From NCBI GenBank assembly GCA_038064675.1, contig JBBTSM010000005.1, positions 4,686-68,685 on the forward strand: 64,000 nucleotides of DNA, read 5' to 3'. Source of the DNA: Patescibacteria group bacterium (GTDB lineage: Bacteria > Patescibacteriota > Patescibacteriia > UBA9934). Both the position numbers and the translations under genes were made by a program. A model generated the notes under the pieces. The model saw only the letters and a list, made by a program, of their open reading frames with translations, was not told the DNA's origin and searched no databases. Positions 49,267 to 59,920 of this stretch are shown piece by piece. Position 1 is the stretch's first letter; every line of letters starts with the position of its first letter.

Positions 49267-51743
49267 GGAGAACATTGCAAAAACTTCTGTACACTGTCCT
49301 TGCTGCGTCGGCGATTTTTTTTCCGTTTGCGACGTTTGCTACTACGGTAACCGACGTTACAGATCAGGTCTCTTCGTCACAGATTTCTGTTGGGTCAAAT
49401 CATAAATTTATTCTTACGCTCGCCGATACGTTTTCTGAAGGCGAGACGATGCAATTTGTTTTTCCGACGGGGTTTATTCTATCGTCATTCACAGAAAACG
49501 ATATTGATATCACCGATGACGGCGTTGATTTGCTTACTGATGCCGATTGCAGTGGATCTGATCATGCGTCGATTGGAATTTCGGGCCAGACTGTTACGTT
49601 GACTATTTGTGCCGGAGATGGCGGAGCTGTTGCAAGTGGAAGCGTTGTGACTGTTGAAATGGGAACGAATGCGTCTTCTTCAGGATCCGGCATTCACCAG
49701 ATTACGAATCCGTCGTCTGCTGGTTCCTGGTTTGTAAATCTTACTGGGACGAGCGGAAATTCAGGTTCAGTTATTCTCGCAACGTCAACGAATGGCGGTG
49801 CCGGCGTGAGCGCGACTGTTCCTTCGTCGGACACGCCACCCGAACCGCCAACAGACCCGGGGGGTGATCATTGTTCGTTAAGTCATGGTGATTCATGTAC
49901 GTCATCTGAGAATTCGTGCGGCATGACAAACTCTGGATCGATTTTTTGCGATGGAAGTTGTTCTGCCTCGGCGCCGGGCGACGACGAATGCCCAGAAACG
50001 TGCAGTGCAAGCGAGGGCGATTTTTGTTCTTCCTCGGCAAATTCGTGTGGTATGACGAATAGCGGGACTATTGCATGCGATGGAAGCTGTTTGGTTTCAA
50101 TACCAAGCGAAAGTGAATGTCCAGAAACGTGCAGCGCAAGCGAGGGTTCGAGCTGCACCTCGTCCGCAAACTCTTGTGGTATGACGAACAGTGGAACTAT
50201 CGGATGTAGCGGAGACTGTTCAGCAAACGCCCCTGATAACGATCTTTGTCCAACAACATCGTGTAGTGCCAGCGAAGGAAGTGGCTGTACGAGCTCTTCG
50301 AATTCGTGCGGCATGACGAATACTGGATCGATTGGGTGCAGCGGAAGCTGCTCGGCGAGCGCACCATCGGATTCTCTTTGTTCAGCAGACGGATCCTGCG
50401 TTCTTGATGAAGGCGATTCATGTACGAGCTCTTCGAATTCGTGCGACATGACGAATACCGGAACCGTGGCGTGCAGTGGCGAATGCTCTGCAACGGGCCC
50501 CTCCGACGATTTGTGTAGTTCCATAACGGGATCCTGTGTCGAGGATGAGGGGAATGTGTGCACGACCCTTGCAAACTCGTGCGGCATGACGAATGCGGGA
50601 ACTATTGCGTGTAGCGGTGAGTGTTCCGCTGAAACTCCTTTGGATACGTTGTGCGGTGCGGTACCGGTGTCTTCTGGATCGAACGGAAGTACCACGGCAC
50701 CCTCGAATCCAGGTTCCTCGCCGGAATCGCCCACCACGTCGTCGGGATCTTTTATTGAAATAGTTGCAAACATCTCTACAACTCTTGAAGATATTCGTAT
50801 CGTTCCTGAGGTTCAACGCGCAATCACTATCGCGATTCCTGTTGCGATTGTCGCTTCAATAATAACCGCGATTGGTCTTGCCACATCGTTTGGTCTTTTA
50901 TCCTATCTCCAATTCCTTTTTACCTCTCCATTTTTGTTCTTTGCTCGCAGGAAACGGAAAGCGTACGGAGTTGTGTATAACGCGATGACGAAGGTTTGTG
51001 TCGAACTTGTGACAGTACGGTTATACGACGCCACGTCGAATCGTTTAATGCGTTCAATGGTTACTGACGCACGGGGAAGATACTTTTTTATTGCAAATCC
51101 TGGTCAATATCGAATAGGTGTTGCGGCTCAGCATTTTGCTTTTCCAAGCACATACTTACAGAATGTGAAAGATGATGGTGTGTATCTTGATGTGTACACC
51201 GGGCAAACGATTGAGGTAACGGAAAAAGATGCAACCATTGCGGCGAATATTCCACTTGATCCGCTGGAATTATCGGTATCATTTACACAGAAGATCCTTG
51301 TGCGTCGACGATTCTTGCGACAATTTCAGCTTGTTCTCTCTATTTCTGGCGTTCTCTTGTCGATTCCGGTGTGGTTCCTAAAACCATCGTTGATGACTGC
51401 ACTTCTTGCAATAAGTCAGGGTATTGTATTCCTTCTTTTTTGGCGACTTGCACAACCACGTCGCCCACGCGGTTGGGGCATTGTTTTTGACTCATCAAAT
51501 CATCGGCCTGTGGGCAACGCCGTCGTGCGTCTCTTTGAACCGAAGTATAATAAACTCGTCGAAACAACGCTGACGGATAGTCTCGGTCGGTACAGTTTCT
51601 TTGTTGGCCCGAACGAATATTTTGTTCAAGCAAATAAAGAGGGTTTCGACGAGCATATTGTTCGTCCAATCGACTATCGGCAGAAAACAGAACCCGATGC
51701 CATCGCGATCGATGTTCCGTTGACGCCAACAACACCAGTATGA
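49263..51743 (+). CDS. Surface/membrane protein with Cys-rich tandem repeats and two carboxypeptidase-regulatory-like domains
   Basis: Signal peptide, six 6-Cys repeats, TM helices, YGVVYN..VTDARGRY and WGIVFD..TDSLGRY; ATGA coupling with neighbours. Confidence 0.85.
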   Translation: MRRTLQKLLYTVLAASAIFFPFATFATTVTDVTDQVSSSQISVGSNHKFILTLADTFSEGETMQFVFPTGFILSSFTENDIDITDDGVDLLTDADCSGSDHASIGISGQTVTLTICAGDGGAVASGSVVTVEMGTNASSSGSGIHQITNPSSAGSWFVNLTGTSGNSGSVILATSTNGGAGVSATVPSSDTPPEPPTDPGGDHCSLSHGDSCTSSENSCGMTNSGSIFCDGSCSASAPGDDECPETCSASEGDFCSSSANSCGMTNSGTIACDGSCLVSIPSESECPETCSASEGSSCTSSANSCGMTNSGTIGCSGDCSANAPDNDLCPTTSCSASEGSGCTSSSNSCGMTNTGSIGCSGSCSASAPSDSLCSADGSCVLDEGDSCTSSSNSCDMTNTGTVACSGECSATGPSDDLCSSITGSCVEDEGNVCTTLANSCGMTNAGTIACSGECSAETPLDTLCGAVPVSSGSNGSTTAPSNPGSSPESPTTSSGSFIEIVANISTTLEDIRIVPEVQRAITIAIPVAIVASIITAIGLATSFGLLSYLQFLFTSPFLFFARRKRKAYGVVYNAMTKVCVELVTVRLYDATSNRLMRSMVTDARGRYFFIANPGQYRIGVAAQHFAFPSTYLQNVKDDGVYLDVYTGQTIEVTEKDATIAANIPLDPLELSVSFTQKILVRRRFLRQFQLVLSISGVLLSIPVWFLKPSLMTALLAISQGIVFLLFWRLAQPRRPRGWGIVFDSSNHRPVGNAVVRLFEPKYNKLVETTLTDSLGRYSFFVGPNEYFVQANKEGFDEHIVRPIDYRQKTEPDAIAIDVPLTPTTPV
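49872..50654 (+). repeat. Six tandem ~43-46 aa Cys-rich repeats
   Basis: Consensus CxxxEGxxCTSSxNSCGMTNxGTIxCxGxCSAxxPxDxLC. Confidence 0.95.
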
Positions 51744-54700
51744 GGAGGGAGGGTCGTTCGGTGAATTCCATCCGTTCACTCGCAAAGCGCTTCTTTGCGA
51801 GCTTTGTGTTTGCGTGCGTGTTGGTTGGAACCGGATATGCTGGACTAGTTCGCGTGCAGGCCGCGGCGACGCCACCGAGGATTGTCATGTACCAGGGGCG
51901 GCTATTGAATAGCAACGGCGTTCCGGTTTCTGATGCAACAGCAAGTATTTCATTTGCACTTTACGATGCGGCGAGCGCCGGAACATGTTTATGGTCGAAT
52001 AATTCTCCTACATGCGCATCGGTTGTTGCGCGAACGGTTACGCTTACGTCCGGTCTTTTTTCAGAGGCGCTTGGCGATACTGCCGCGGCTACTCCGTATT
52101 CTGCAATTGCTTCGACAGTTTTTTCAAATAATGCCTCCGTATATCTTGAAGTCATCGTGAATGGCGAGACACTTGTGCCACGAAAGGCAATGCTTTCTGC
52201 GCCATATGCGATGAATTCAGATTCAGTTGACGGATACGATACCTCGCTTGTTGGTGCAACATCTTCCGTGGTTCCAATCACGGACACTAACGGAAATCTT
52301 GTCATTACTGGTTCGCCGCAAGGAACCGGTGTGAGCCAGGCGTCGTTATATATCAATCCCGCTACTGGTGTTGTCGCGGCAAACGAAATCCTTCTTGGTG
52401 TTGCAGTAAGCGACGCCTCTCGATTCTCTATAGACGCTGAAGGTGACAGTGTACTTTTGGGTAATCTTGCCGTGAATGGTGGAGGAATCTCTTCGTCATC
52501 GGCACTCGCAATCACTTCCAGTGGTGGCGACATTAGCTTCGGTCCAAATGGAACCGGCTTGGTCTATGTTACTGCCGGGGACGACTTTGCCGTTGGGGGC
52601 ACGTCTCTTGTGTCCCCTTTTTCCATCGATGAAAGTGCAAATACACTCCGTATCGGTGATGGCACAAGTGACGCGAACGATCCAACTATTACATTTTACG
52701 CTTCAGATGCGACTGACAGTGGTTCGTTGAGCTATAGCGATAGTGATACATTTTCCTTTACTGGTGGAAACTTCTCGCATGTTGGTCTTGGAACCATGCC
52801 AACAGCTCCGTTGAGTGCTCGCGCAGACCACGATATTTTTTCAACATTTAGCGGAACTTCGCCTGACGGATACGTGCTGAATCAGCTGTACACCCTGCGT
52901 GCCAGAACGACGTACACAGGAATGAATGGATCGTCTTCGAGCAATCTTGTGGGGGGATCGTCGTCCTTTTTAACCATTGACGGCGAGACAACGACGCTTG
53001 CGGATGGAATTGGGTTTTTCTCTCAAGTAACAAACACCGCGTCTACCGCGTCCCTTCTTGATCTTGGCGGCTTTCTTGCGGGTATTGATTCTAGTGTTTT
53101 GCAATCCGGAGGACAGACAATCGCGACCGGTTACGGAATTTACGGTCATATTGGGAGTTCTGGGGGTACATTTACTAATGGCATTGCGGTGTATGGGGTG
53201 GTTACTTCTGGAGCAGGAAGTTTTACAACGGGTTACGGAGGTAAATTTGTGGATACAACGGAGGGAACGACTCGGTATGGTGTTTACGGTGACGCTTCCG
53301 GTGGAACAAACAATTATTCCGGATATTTTACGGGTGCGGCGCTGCAGGTTGATGATGACTCCACACCAGATGCTGCTGGATTCGCAACGGCGGCCGGCGA
53401 CATTTACGCCGTGGGAACCATTGAAGCAGATGGGAGTGCATACTTCGGTGACTCAACCGGAACCGACACGTTTACTTTTACATCCGCACAAACAACGGGA
53501 ACATCGATGACCGTTACATCTCCTGCTTTAACAACTGGAGTCGGAATGAAAATTGTAAGAGCCTCTGGCGGCGCTGATTACGATGGAAGTCTTTTACAGG
53601 TATTGCAACAAAACACTTCTGCAACGAGCGATGCTGTGGCGGTGAGTATTGTGAATTCGGCCGCAGGAAGTTCAACAGCAATGTGGATTTCCCAGGATTC
53701 AACTGGAGCTCATGTGCCAAATCAGATCGTACACGCAATCATCGGCATTGACACAAATGAAACTGGAAGTAGTGACGACGCAATTGTGTTCCGTTCGGAT
53801 GCAGACGGCACGCCGGATACAGAATTCCGTGTTACGACCGCTGGTGATGCATTCGTCGACGGTGCATTTACTGGCGCGGGTGCTGACTTTGCGGAATTTT
53901 TCCCCACGGCGGATACTGCGCTTGGGGACCAGGATATTGTGTGTTTGGACGGTGCTCTTGCAAAGAACGTAAAGCGTTGCGACGCCGGTGAGACAAATAT
54001 TGTTGGCGTCGTCTCGACGAATCCAGCATTTATTGGAAACAATATTGGCGATGGTACAGAGGATTATCGAGGAAACTCTCGTTATCGATTGGTTGGTTTA
54101 ATCGGACAGATCGATACAAAGGTAAGTACAGCAAACGGTCCAATTGCGGTTGGAGATCCTATTTCAACATCGTCATCACTTGCGGGATATGGATCGAAAG
54201 CGCATGGTCCGGTGCGTATTGTGGGTTTCGCTCTGCAGTCGCTTTCAAGTGGTACGGGCGTGATTCGCGTGTTGGTAAGTCCGCAATGGTATGGTGGAGA
54301 CGTGTTGACGGCGACGGGATCCGCAACGCAGGTTGCGGGAAGTCTGGCGATTGCTGCGACGACTGCCGCAACGGCAACAACGACCGTGGTCGATTCCGGA
54401 ACGCTTTCTCTTCGAGGCTCTGCATGGGCTGGAGGGTCGGCACAAATCATTGGGATGTCGTTGAAGACCGCGGTAAGCGCAGTGAATGATTATCGACTGT
54501 CTGTTGCGAATAGTATTGGTACAGAGGTTGCGTCAGTGAACCAGTCTGGAGACCTTGCTATTGCCGGTCGTCTCTATCCGTCTGATCGTGGCGCATCGCA
54601 GAAGAGTAAGTATATTTATTACGACGGATCGTCGGGATCTGGCGGAGACTTCATGCGTACAAATTCTGCGGGTTGGGCAACGGGTTCGTACGATTTTGCG

Positions 54701-55942
54701 GAAATGTTCCCATCGCCTGATGTGCTAATGCCAGGAGAAATTGTGGTCTTTGGTGATGCGAGCCAGCAAGTAAAACGTTCAACGGGCAAGGCCTATAGTC
54801 AAACCATTGCCGGAATCGTTTCAACGCGCCCAGGATTTTTGGCTGGTGAAAATCGCTCGGGCAACTATCCGATCGCTCTTGCTGGTCGTGTTCCAACATT
54901 GGTTTCTACCGAGAATGGCGCGATCAATATCGGCGATCCTCTTACGACGTCGACGCATCCTGGCTATGCCATGAAAGCAACAGAGGCCGGGCCCATTCTT
55001 GGATATGCCGCTGAATCGTTTTCTGGATCCATGGGCAGCGTTGTTGTGTATGTGAATGTTTCGTATTACAGCGGCGCGCCTGTAACCGAAGGCCCAGCAG
55101 CGGATAATTTTATTTCTCAGCTCACGCAGGATATCGAGAACTTTGATACCGCGGGAACGCTCAACTTTAACGGCGGACAGCTCCTCGCGATTGGATCGAT
55201 GACGAGTGCGAATGGAACATGGCGCTTGGAAAGCGATGGCGATCTTGTAACGTCTGGTCGGTTGGTTGAGCTTGTCCGTTCTGCGCAAGGAACCGATGTT
55301 GAAACATACGCCGCAACGTCGCGACAAATGACGGTGCAACTTTCCGGAACGGTGACGTTGGTGAACGGTCATGCCGATGTCCATTTTGTGGATGTTGACC
55401 CTTCATTTGTTGACGTTGTTGATACGAACCCGACCTATCGAGCATTGGTCACTCCATACGGAGCAACCGGCGCACTCTATGTGACGAATCGAACAGTTCA
55501 TGGATTCTCTATTACGGAATCTGGCGCGGCATCGAATGGAGTTTCTGTGGACTGGTTGGTGATTGCAACACGCCGTGATTACGCTCCAACGGCTATTCCA
55601 ACCATTCCTATTGTTTCATCGACTCCAACATCGGCCATCGATCTCAGTCCAGACTCCGATGCTGCGGTGTCTTCCGACGCGCTGGCACCATTGAGCGAAT
55701 CCGGATCGGAAACGAGCGATATTGTTTCGGTGGTTGATTCGATTGTTCCAGATACGACATCGGATGGAATTGTGGATGCAGCAATCGCTCCAGACGCGGG
55801 ATCTGATACTGTTGTTTCTGATGCGCCAGCCGTAGAAGCATCGACTCCTGCGGAAGCACCGAGTATCCCGGATGTGCTCGCTTCTGAGCCTTCGGCTCCA
55901 GCACCAAGCGCAGATTCCTCAGGCGGTGAGGTGTCCCCATAA
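51740..55942 (+). CDS. Giant secreted fibre/adhesin-like protein with two putative autocleavage-chaperone domains
   Basis: MYQGRLLNSNG N-domain, G/S/T-rich beta repeats, ADFAEFF and YDFAEMF followed by VSTxPxF..G..GxI.xGD, acidic low-complexity tail. Confidence 0.85.
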   Translation: MRREGRSVNSIRSLAKRFFASFVFACVLVGTGYAGLVRVQAAATPPRIVMYQGRLLNSNGVPVSDATASISFALYDAASAGTCLWSNNSPTCASVVARTVTLTSGLFSEALGDTAAATPYSAIASTVFSNNASVYLEVIVNGETLVPRKAMLSAPYAMNSDSVDGYDTSLVGATSSVVPITDTNGNLVITGSPQGTGVSQASLYINPATGVVAANEILLGVAVSDASRFSIDAEGDSVLLGNLAVNGGGISSSSALAITSSGGDISFGPNGTGLVYVTAGDDFAVGGTSLVSPFSIDESANTLRIGDGTSDANDPTITFYASDATDSGSLSYSDSDTFSFTGGNFSHVGLGTMPTAPLSARADHDIFSTFSGTSPDGYVLNQLYTLRARTTYTGMNGSSSSNLVGGSSSFLTIDGETTTLADGIGFFSQVTNTASTASLLDLGGFLAGIDSSVLQSGGQTIATGYGIYGHIGSSGGTFTNGIAVYGVVTSGAGSFTTGYGGKFVDTTEGTTRYGVYGDASGGTNNYSGYFTGAALQVDDDSTPDAAGFATAAGDIYAVGTIEADGSAYFGDSTGTDTFTFTSAQTTGTSMTVTSPALTTGVGMKIVRASGGADYDGSLLQVLQQNTSATSDAVAVSIVNSAAGSSTAMWISQDSTGAHVPNQIVHAIIGIDTNETGSSDDAIVFRSDADGTPDTEFRVTTAGDAFVDGAFTGAGADFAEFFPTADTALGDQDIVCLDGALAKNVKRCDAGETNIVGVVSTNPAFIGNNIGDGTEDYRGNSRYRLVGLIGQIDTKVSTANGPIAVGDPISTSSSLAGYGSKAHGPVRIVGFALQSLSSGTGVIRVLVSPQWYGGDVLTATGSATQVAGSLAIAATTAATATTTVVDSGTLSLRGSAWAGGSAQIIGMSLKTAVSAVNDYRLSVANSIGTEVASVNQSGDLAIAGRLYPSDRGASQKSKYIYYDGSSGSGGDFMRTNSAGWATGSYDFAEMFPSPDVLMPGEIVVFGDASQQVKRSTGKAYSQTIAGIVSTRPGFLAGENRSGNYPIALAGRVPTLVSTENGAINIGDPLTTSTHPGYAMKATEAGPILGYAAESFSGSMGSVVVYVNVSYYSGAPVTEGPAADNFISQLTQDIENFDTAGTLNFNGGQLLAIGSMTSANGTWRLESDGDLVTSGRLVELVRSAQGTDVETYAATSRQMTVQLSGTVTLVNGHADVHFVDVDPSFVDVVDTNPTYRALVTPYGATGALYVTNRTVHGFSITESGAASNGVSVDWLVIATRRDYAPTAIPTIPIVSSTPTSAIDLSPDSDAAVSSDALAPLSESGSETSDIVSVVDSIVPDTTSDGIVDAAIAPDAGSDTVVSDAPAVEASTPAEAPSIPDVLASEPSAPAPSADSSGGEVSP

Positions 55943-55953
55943 CATTCCTTCGT

Positions 55954-58293
55954 ATGGTTTTTGATGCAGAGCGAATGCTCCGAGCACTTGTTCGGAAGTC
56001 TTTCGAGGCACTCGTACTCGTCACGCCGATCCTTGCGCTTCCATGGACGGTGGATCCGCTCGATGTGAATAAGCAAACATTCTTTTTCATTATTGTTGCG
56101 GTCATGTGCGTTGCGTGGCTTGGTGAGGCGCTGTATTCACGACGCATCGTGTTGCGTGCCGACATTCTTTGGCTCCCTTTTCTCGTGTGCATCCTTTGCA
56201 TTGCAGTATCTGCCGGGATATCGCACGAGGCCTACACAAGTCTTTTTGGGCAGGCAAATCAGGAATATACCAGCGCCGTTACCTTCGCATTGATGCTTGG
56301 AATGGCCGGTGTTGGCGCGCATGTTCTCGATAATCGAGGACAGCATCGCGTGCTCTTGTTCTCGTTGATTGGCTCGTCAATTGTGGGCCTCTGTGCGATG
56401 GCCGCATTTTTCGGTGTAACGTTTGGTCGACTTCCAACGAACGTTGTTGGCACGCCAAATGCACTTATTGTGTACCTGCTCGCAATGACGATTCTTGGGT
56501 GCGGCGCGTTGATTGTCTCTGATGCATCGCACAAGCGATCAGAGCGTATGGTACTGAACATCGCAACGGTTGTGACAACCATTACTACAGTTGTATCGCT
56601 TCTTGCTATTGATTACAGCGTACTTTGGGGACTTGCATTGTTTGGAAGCGTTTCGCTTTTCGCGCTAGCCGCAGTGCGTTCGGAACTTCTTATCAGACCG
56701 GGTCGATATATTTTACCGATGTTGCTTTGTGTATCGTCACTGTTTTTCTTGGTTCTTCCGAGTGTGATCGCAAGTCCATTTCCAACAGAAGTGTCTTTGA
56801 GTACGAAAAGCACGTGGGACGTGACGACTGCAGCGTGGAGCAACGGAGCGTGGGCTTTTGGAACTGGCCCGGGAACATTTGCGATGACCTTTGCACGATA
56901 TCATTCAGCGGATTTGAATTCTTCAGGATTTTGGGATACACGGTTCGATCGTGGATCATCTGCGGTGCTGACGATGTTTTCTACACTGGGAATCCTCGGT
57001 ACGCTCGCACTTATCGCGTCACTCTTTTTTCTTGGGTTCCGCATGCTTCGAGCGTACGCAAAGAATGTTCCATCGGAAATGCTTCCTATTGCTGCAGCAT
57101 GGATGGTGTTGGTTGCTGCGCTATTCGTGTATCCTCAAAATTTCACTCTCATGACGATGCTGTGGGTGCTTACGGCACTTGTGCTCCGTTCTGCGCTTTC
57201 TTCCGGGAAGACTTTGGCATTTGAACGTTCGCCACGTGCAGGTTTTGGTGCGGCATTTGCTTTTGTTCTGTGTGCGGTGTTCGTTTTGACAGTGGCATTC
57301 TCTACCATTTCTCGATATCGAGCCGAAGTTGCGTTTGCACAGGCCGTCACGATTGATCATCAGGGCGGTGATATCGACGATGTTATCGCGAGGCTTGATA
57401 CTGCAGCAACCGCGAATCGCTGGAGCGATCTGTATTACCGAAACCTTGGAAGCGCGTTGCTGCATAAGGTTATTACCGTTGCCCAGGGTGCTCATGCAGA
57501 TCCGGAACTCGTAAAGTCATTCATTGGTGCGGCGGTGAATGCTGGCGTGCGTGCAACCGACCTTGGCCCAACGAATGTCACGAACTGGGAGCTACGCGGG
57601 GACATCTATCGTGAAGTTTCGCCATTGATCACCGATGCGGCCCAGTTCGCTATCGCGTCGTACGATCAAGCTATTGCACTCGCGCCGAATAATCCGCGAT
57701 ATCGGGTAGATTCTTCTCGTGGATATTTGGCGCTTGCCGATTTACTCGCGCCAATGGTGAAGGGTGACGACGTTGATGTGGCAAAACAGGCAAAGACTGC
57801 GCAAGATATTGCATTGCAGAGCGCGAATGATTCTTTGATGAAAGCGATTGAGCTCAAGTCAGATTACGCTGAGGCTCGCTATTACCTTGCGTTCGTTCAG
57901 GAACGACAAGGGAAGCTTGCAGAGGCAGTCGCGAGTATGGAGATTGTTCGCGGCTCTGCGCCAAGCGATGTCGGGGTCGGCCTACAGCTTGCATTGCTCT
58001 ACTTACGCCAGGGAAAGAATGACGTTGCAAAACAGGAACTTGAGCGCATCATCGCCATTTCGCCAAACTTCGCCAACGCACATTGGTACCTTGCATCGGT
58101 TCTCGAACAAGAAAAAAATATCGACGGCGCAATTATCGAACTGGAAACGATCGCGAAGCTTGATCCAGCGAATGAAACCGTTCAGAAAAAGATTGATGAG
58201 TTGAAAGCAGGAAAGAAAGCGGCAACACCAATTCCAGATCCATTGCCCACGGAAGAATCTTCAACACTTCCGGACGCGCCAGTAACACCATAA
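55954..58293 (+). CDS. Polytopic membrane protein (O-antigen-ligase-like) with C-terminal TPRs
   Basis: About 12 TM helices, FGTGPGTF loop, TPR repeats (ELKSDYAEARYYLA, ISPNFANAHWYLA). Confidence 0.85.
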   Translation: MVFDAERMLRALVRKSFEALVLVTPILALPWTVDPLDVNKQTFFFIIVAVMCVAWLGEALYSRRIVLRADILWLPFLVCILCIAVSAGISHEAYTSLFGQANQEYTSAVTFALMLGMAGVGAHVLDNRGQHRVLLFSLIGSSIVGLCAMAAFFGVTFGRLPTNVVGTPNALIVYLLAMTILGCGALIVSDASHKRSERMVLNIATVVTTITTVVSLLAIDYSVLWGLALFGSVSLFALAAVRSELLIRPGRYILPMLLCVSSLFFLVLPSVIASPFPTEVSLSTKSTWDVTTAAWSNGAWAFGTGPGTFAMTFARYHSADLNSSGFWDTRFDRGSSAVLTMFSTLGILGTLALIASLFFLGFRMLRAYAKNVPSEMLPIAAAWMVLVAALFVYPQNFTLMTMLWVLTALVLRSALSSGKTLAFERSPRAGFGAAFAFVLCAVFVLTVAFSTISRYRAEVAFAQAVTIDHQGGDIDDVIARLDTAATANRWSDLYYRNLGSALLHKVITVAQGAHADPELVKSFIGAAVNAGVRATDLGPTNVTNWELRGDIYREVSPLITDAAQFAIASYDQAIALAPNNPRYRVDSSRGYLALADLLAPMVKGDDVDVAKQAKTAQDIALQSANDSLMKAIELKSDYAEARYYLAFVQERQGKLAEAVASMEIVRGSAPSDVGVGLQLALLYLRQGKNDVAKQELERIIAISPNFANAHWYLASVLEQEKNIDGAIIELETIAKLDPANETVQKKIDELKAGKKAATPIPDPLPTEESSTLPDAPVTP

Positions 58294-58352
58294 AGAGTGT
58301 ATTGCTTGAAATATTAGCGAAAATATGCTACCTTCAAGGAGCGAGGTGCTCC

Positions 58353-59783
58353 TTGTTTCTGTTCATCATTTCTTCCTGTACGTCGGTTTCCGACGCGTCC
58401 TTCGGCCACATCACTGACACTGTGGTCGACTCCGCCATTGACAGTTACGCCCAGGATTCCGGAATCCCCGCGGATTCGGAAACCGGGTCCGAAGCGGCTG
58501 AAACCGGAGAGACCGGTAGCGGCGATCTGATCGAGCTCGGCCCCGATGTGTTCGCGGGCCGGAACGTCGTCGTCATCAGCGTCGATACCCTCGGTGCCAA
58601 CTGGGTGGGAACGGGCTACACGCTCAACCTGGATGGAATCCTCGAGGAATCCGTCCAGCTCCAGAACCACAACTGCAGCACCGCCTGGACTCCGCCCTGC
58701 ATGGCATCGCTCGTCGCCGGAAGTCAGGCGACGGACCTCGGAACCGACATCCTGGGATTCGGGAGTGGCGTCGGGTTCAATGTCGTTCCGGATTCCCGAA
58801 CGCTCTTCCCCGAAATTCTGCAGGAAAGCGGGTACAGCACGTACCTGCTGACCGAGAACTCGCTGTTCGGCGGGGGAACGAACACGGGCCAGGGATTCCA
58901 GACGTACGTCAATTCCGACGTCACCTCTGGGAAGGGAGCGCTCACCGCGGACGTCACGGCGTTCGCCGCCCAGGTGGTCACACTCAATGCTACAGGTACC
59001 CCGTTCCTGGCGTGGTTCCATCCGATTGCGCCACATACGCCGTATATCGATGCCGACCAGGACGCCGCGCTCTACGCGGCGTGCACGGACGGCAAGGATG
59101 AACTCCCGGACGACGTGTCGCTCTACGACGACAAGATGAGTGAGGTGGTGGCGGACGCGTGGGATTCCTACGACGACGACACCAAGAGCAACATCGTAGA
59201 CCAGGTCACCTGCGCCTACGGCGCCCAGGTGGCGTGGACGGACGAAGTGGTGTTCAAGAATCTCTGGGAAGAGCTCCTCTCTTCCGGAGCCTTCGACAAC
59301 ACCGTGGTCGTGCTCGTCTCCGACCACGGCGAGGAGTTGAACGACCACGAGGGCGAGTGGGGACACAATCGGCACGCGTACGGCGTGCTCAACCACGTGC
59401 TCGGTGCCTTCTGGGCGCCGGACATCGCCCCGCAGACTGTCACGATCCCCACGAACATGGGAGACGTGGCGCCGACGCTCCTTGGGGCGCTCGGCCTGGA
59501 AGTGTCGCCGGACATGACCGGGAGCGCGGTCTGGGAAATTCCCAGCGATCGGATCCAGGACTTCTACGCGTGTGACATGAGTGGCAAGACCCACTACGCC
59601 GCACTCAACATGGAAGGAGTGAAACAACATCGGACGCCTCAGGGGAACGTAGAGACGTACGACATCTTCACGGATCCTGAGGAGACTGGCACCGCGAGCA
59701 CCGTCACGGACGCTGATCTCCAGTCCGCGATCGACACCCTGCGCATCACGGCGCAGGACGAAGAATGGTGCGGCGGAAATTAG
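58353..59783 (+). CDS. Sulfatase/alkaline-phosphatase superfamily lipoprotein, high GC
   Basis: GAGGTG + TTG start MFLFIISSC; NVVVISVDTL, WTPPCMASL, PHTPY, VSDHGEE, WGH, DVAPTLL, DPEE. Confidence 0.85.
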   Translation: MFLFIISSCTSVSDASFGHITDTVVDSAIDSYAQDSGIPADSETGSEAAETGETGSGDLIELGPDVFAGRNVVVISVDTLGANWVGTGYTLNLDGILEESVQLQNHNCSTAWTPPCMASLVAGSQATDLGTDILGFGSGVGFNVVPDSRTLFPEILQESGYSTYLLTENSLFGGGTNTGQGFQTYVNSDVTSGKGALTADVTAFAAQVVTLNATGTPFLAWFHPIAPHTPYIDADQDAALYAACTDGKDELPDDVSLYDDKMSEVVADAWDSYDDDTKSNIVDQVTCAYGAQVAWTDEVVFKNLWEELLSSGAFDNTVVVLVSDHGEELNDHEGEWGHNRHAYGVLNHVLGAFWAPDIAPQTVTIPTNMGDVAPTLLGALGLEVSPDMTGSAVWEIPSDRIQDFYACDMSGKTHYAALNMEGVKQHRTPQGNVETYDIFTDPEETGTASTVTDADLQSAIDTLRITAQDEEWCGGN

Positions 59784-59799
59784 CCGCACACAACAACGA

Positions 59800-59885
59800 C
59801 GCAATCGCGCCCCGCAACGGGCGCGATTGTTCTCTTTTCTTTAAAACCAATCGCGACCCGAATCTCCGAGGAGATCCGGGTCGCT
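59800..59885. terminator. Two back-to-back hairpins between convergent high-GC genes
   Basis: aatcgcgcccc-gcaa-cgggcgcgatt + T tract; gcgacccgaatctcc-ga-ggagatccgggtcgc. Confidence 0.7.
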
Positions 59886-59920
59886 TTCGTCGTGGCGTTG
59901 TCACCGTCAGGTCACCGGAA

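Noticed and set aside
58314-59804. 496-aa antisense ORF and other long shadow ORFs in the high-GC islet
   Set aside because: Expected stop-codon depletion opposite GC-rich genes; the sense frame carries the sulfatase motifs
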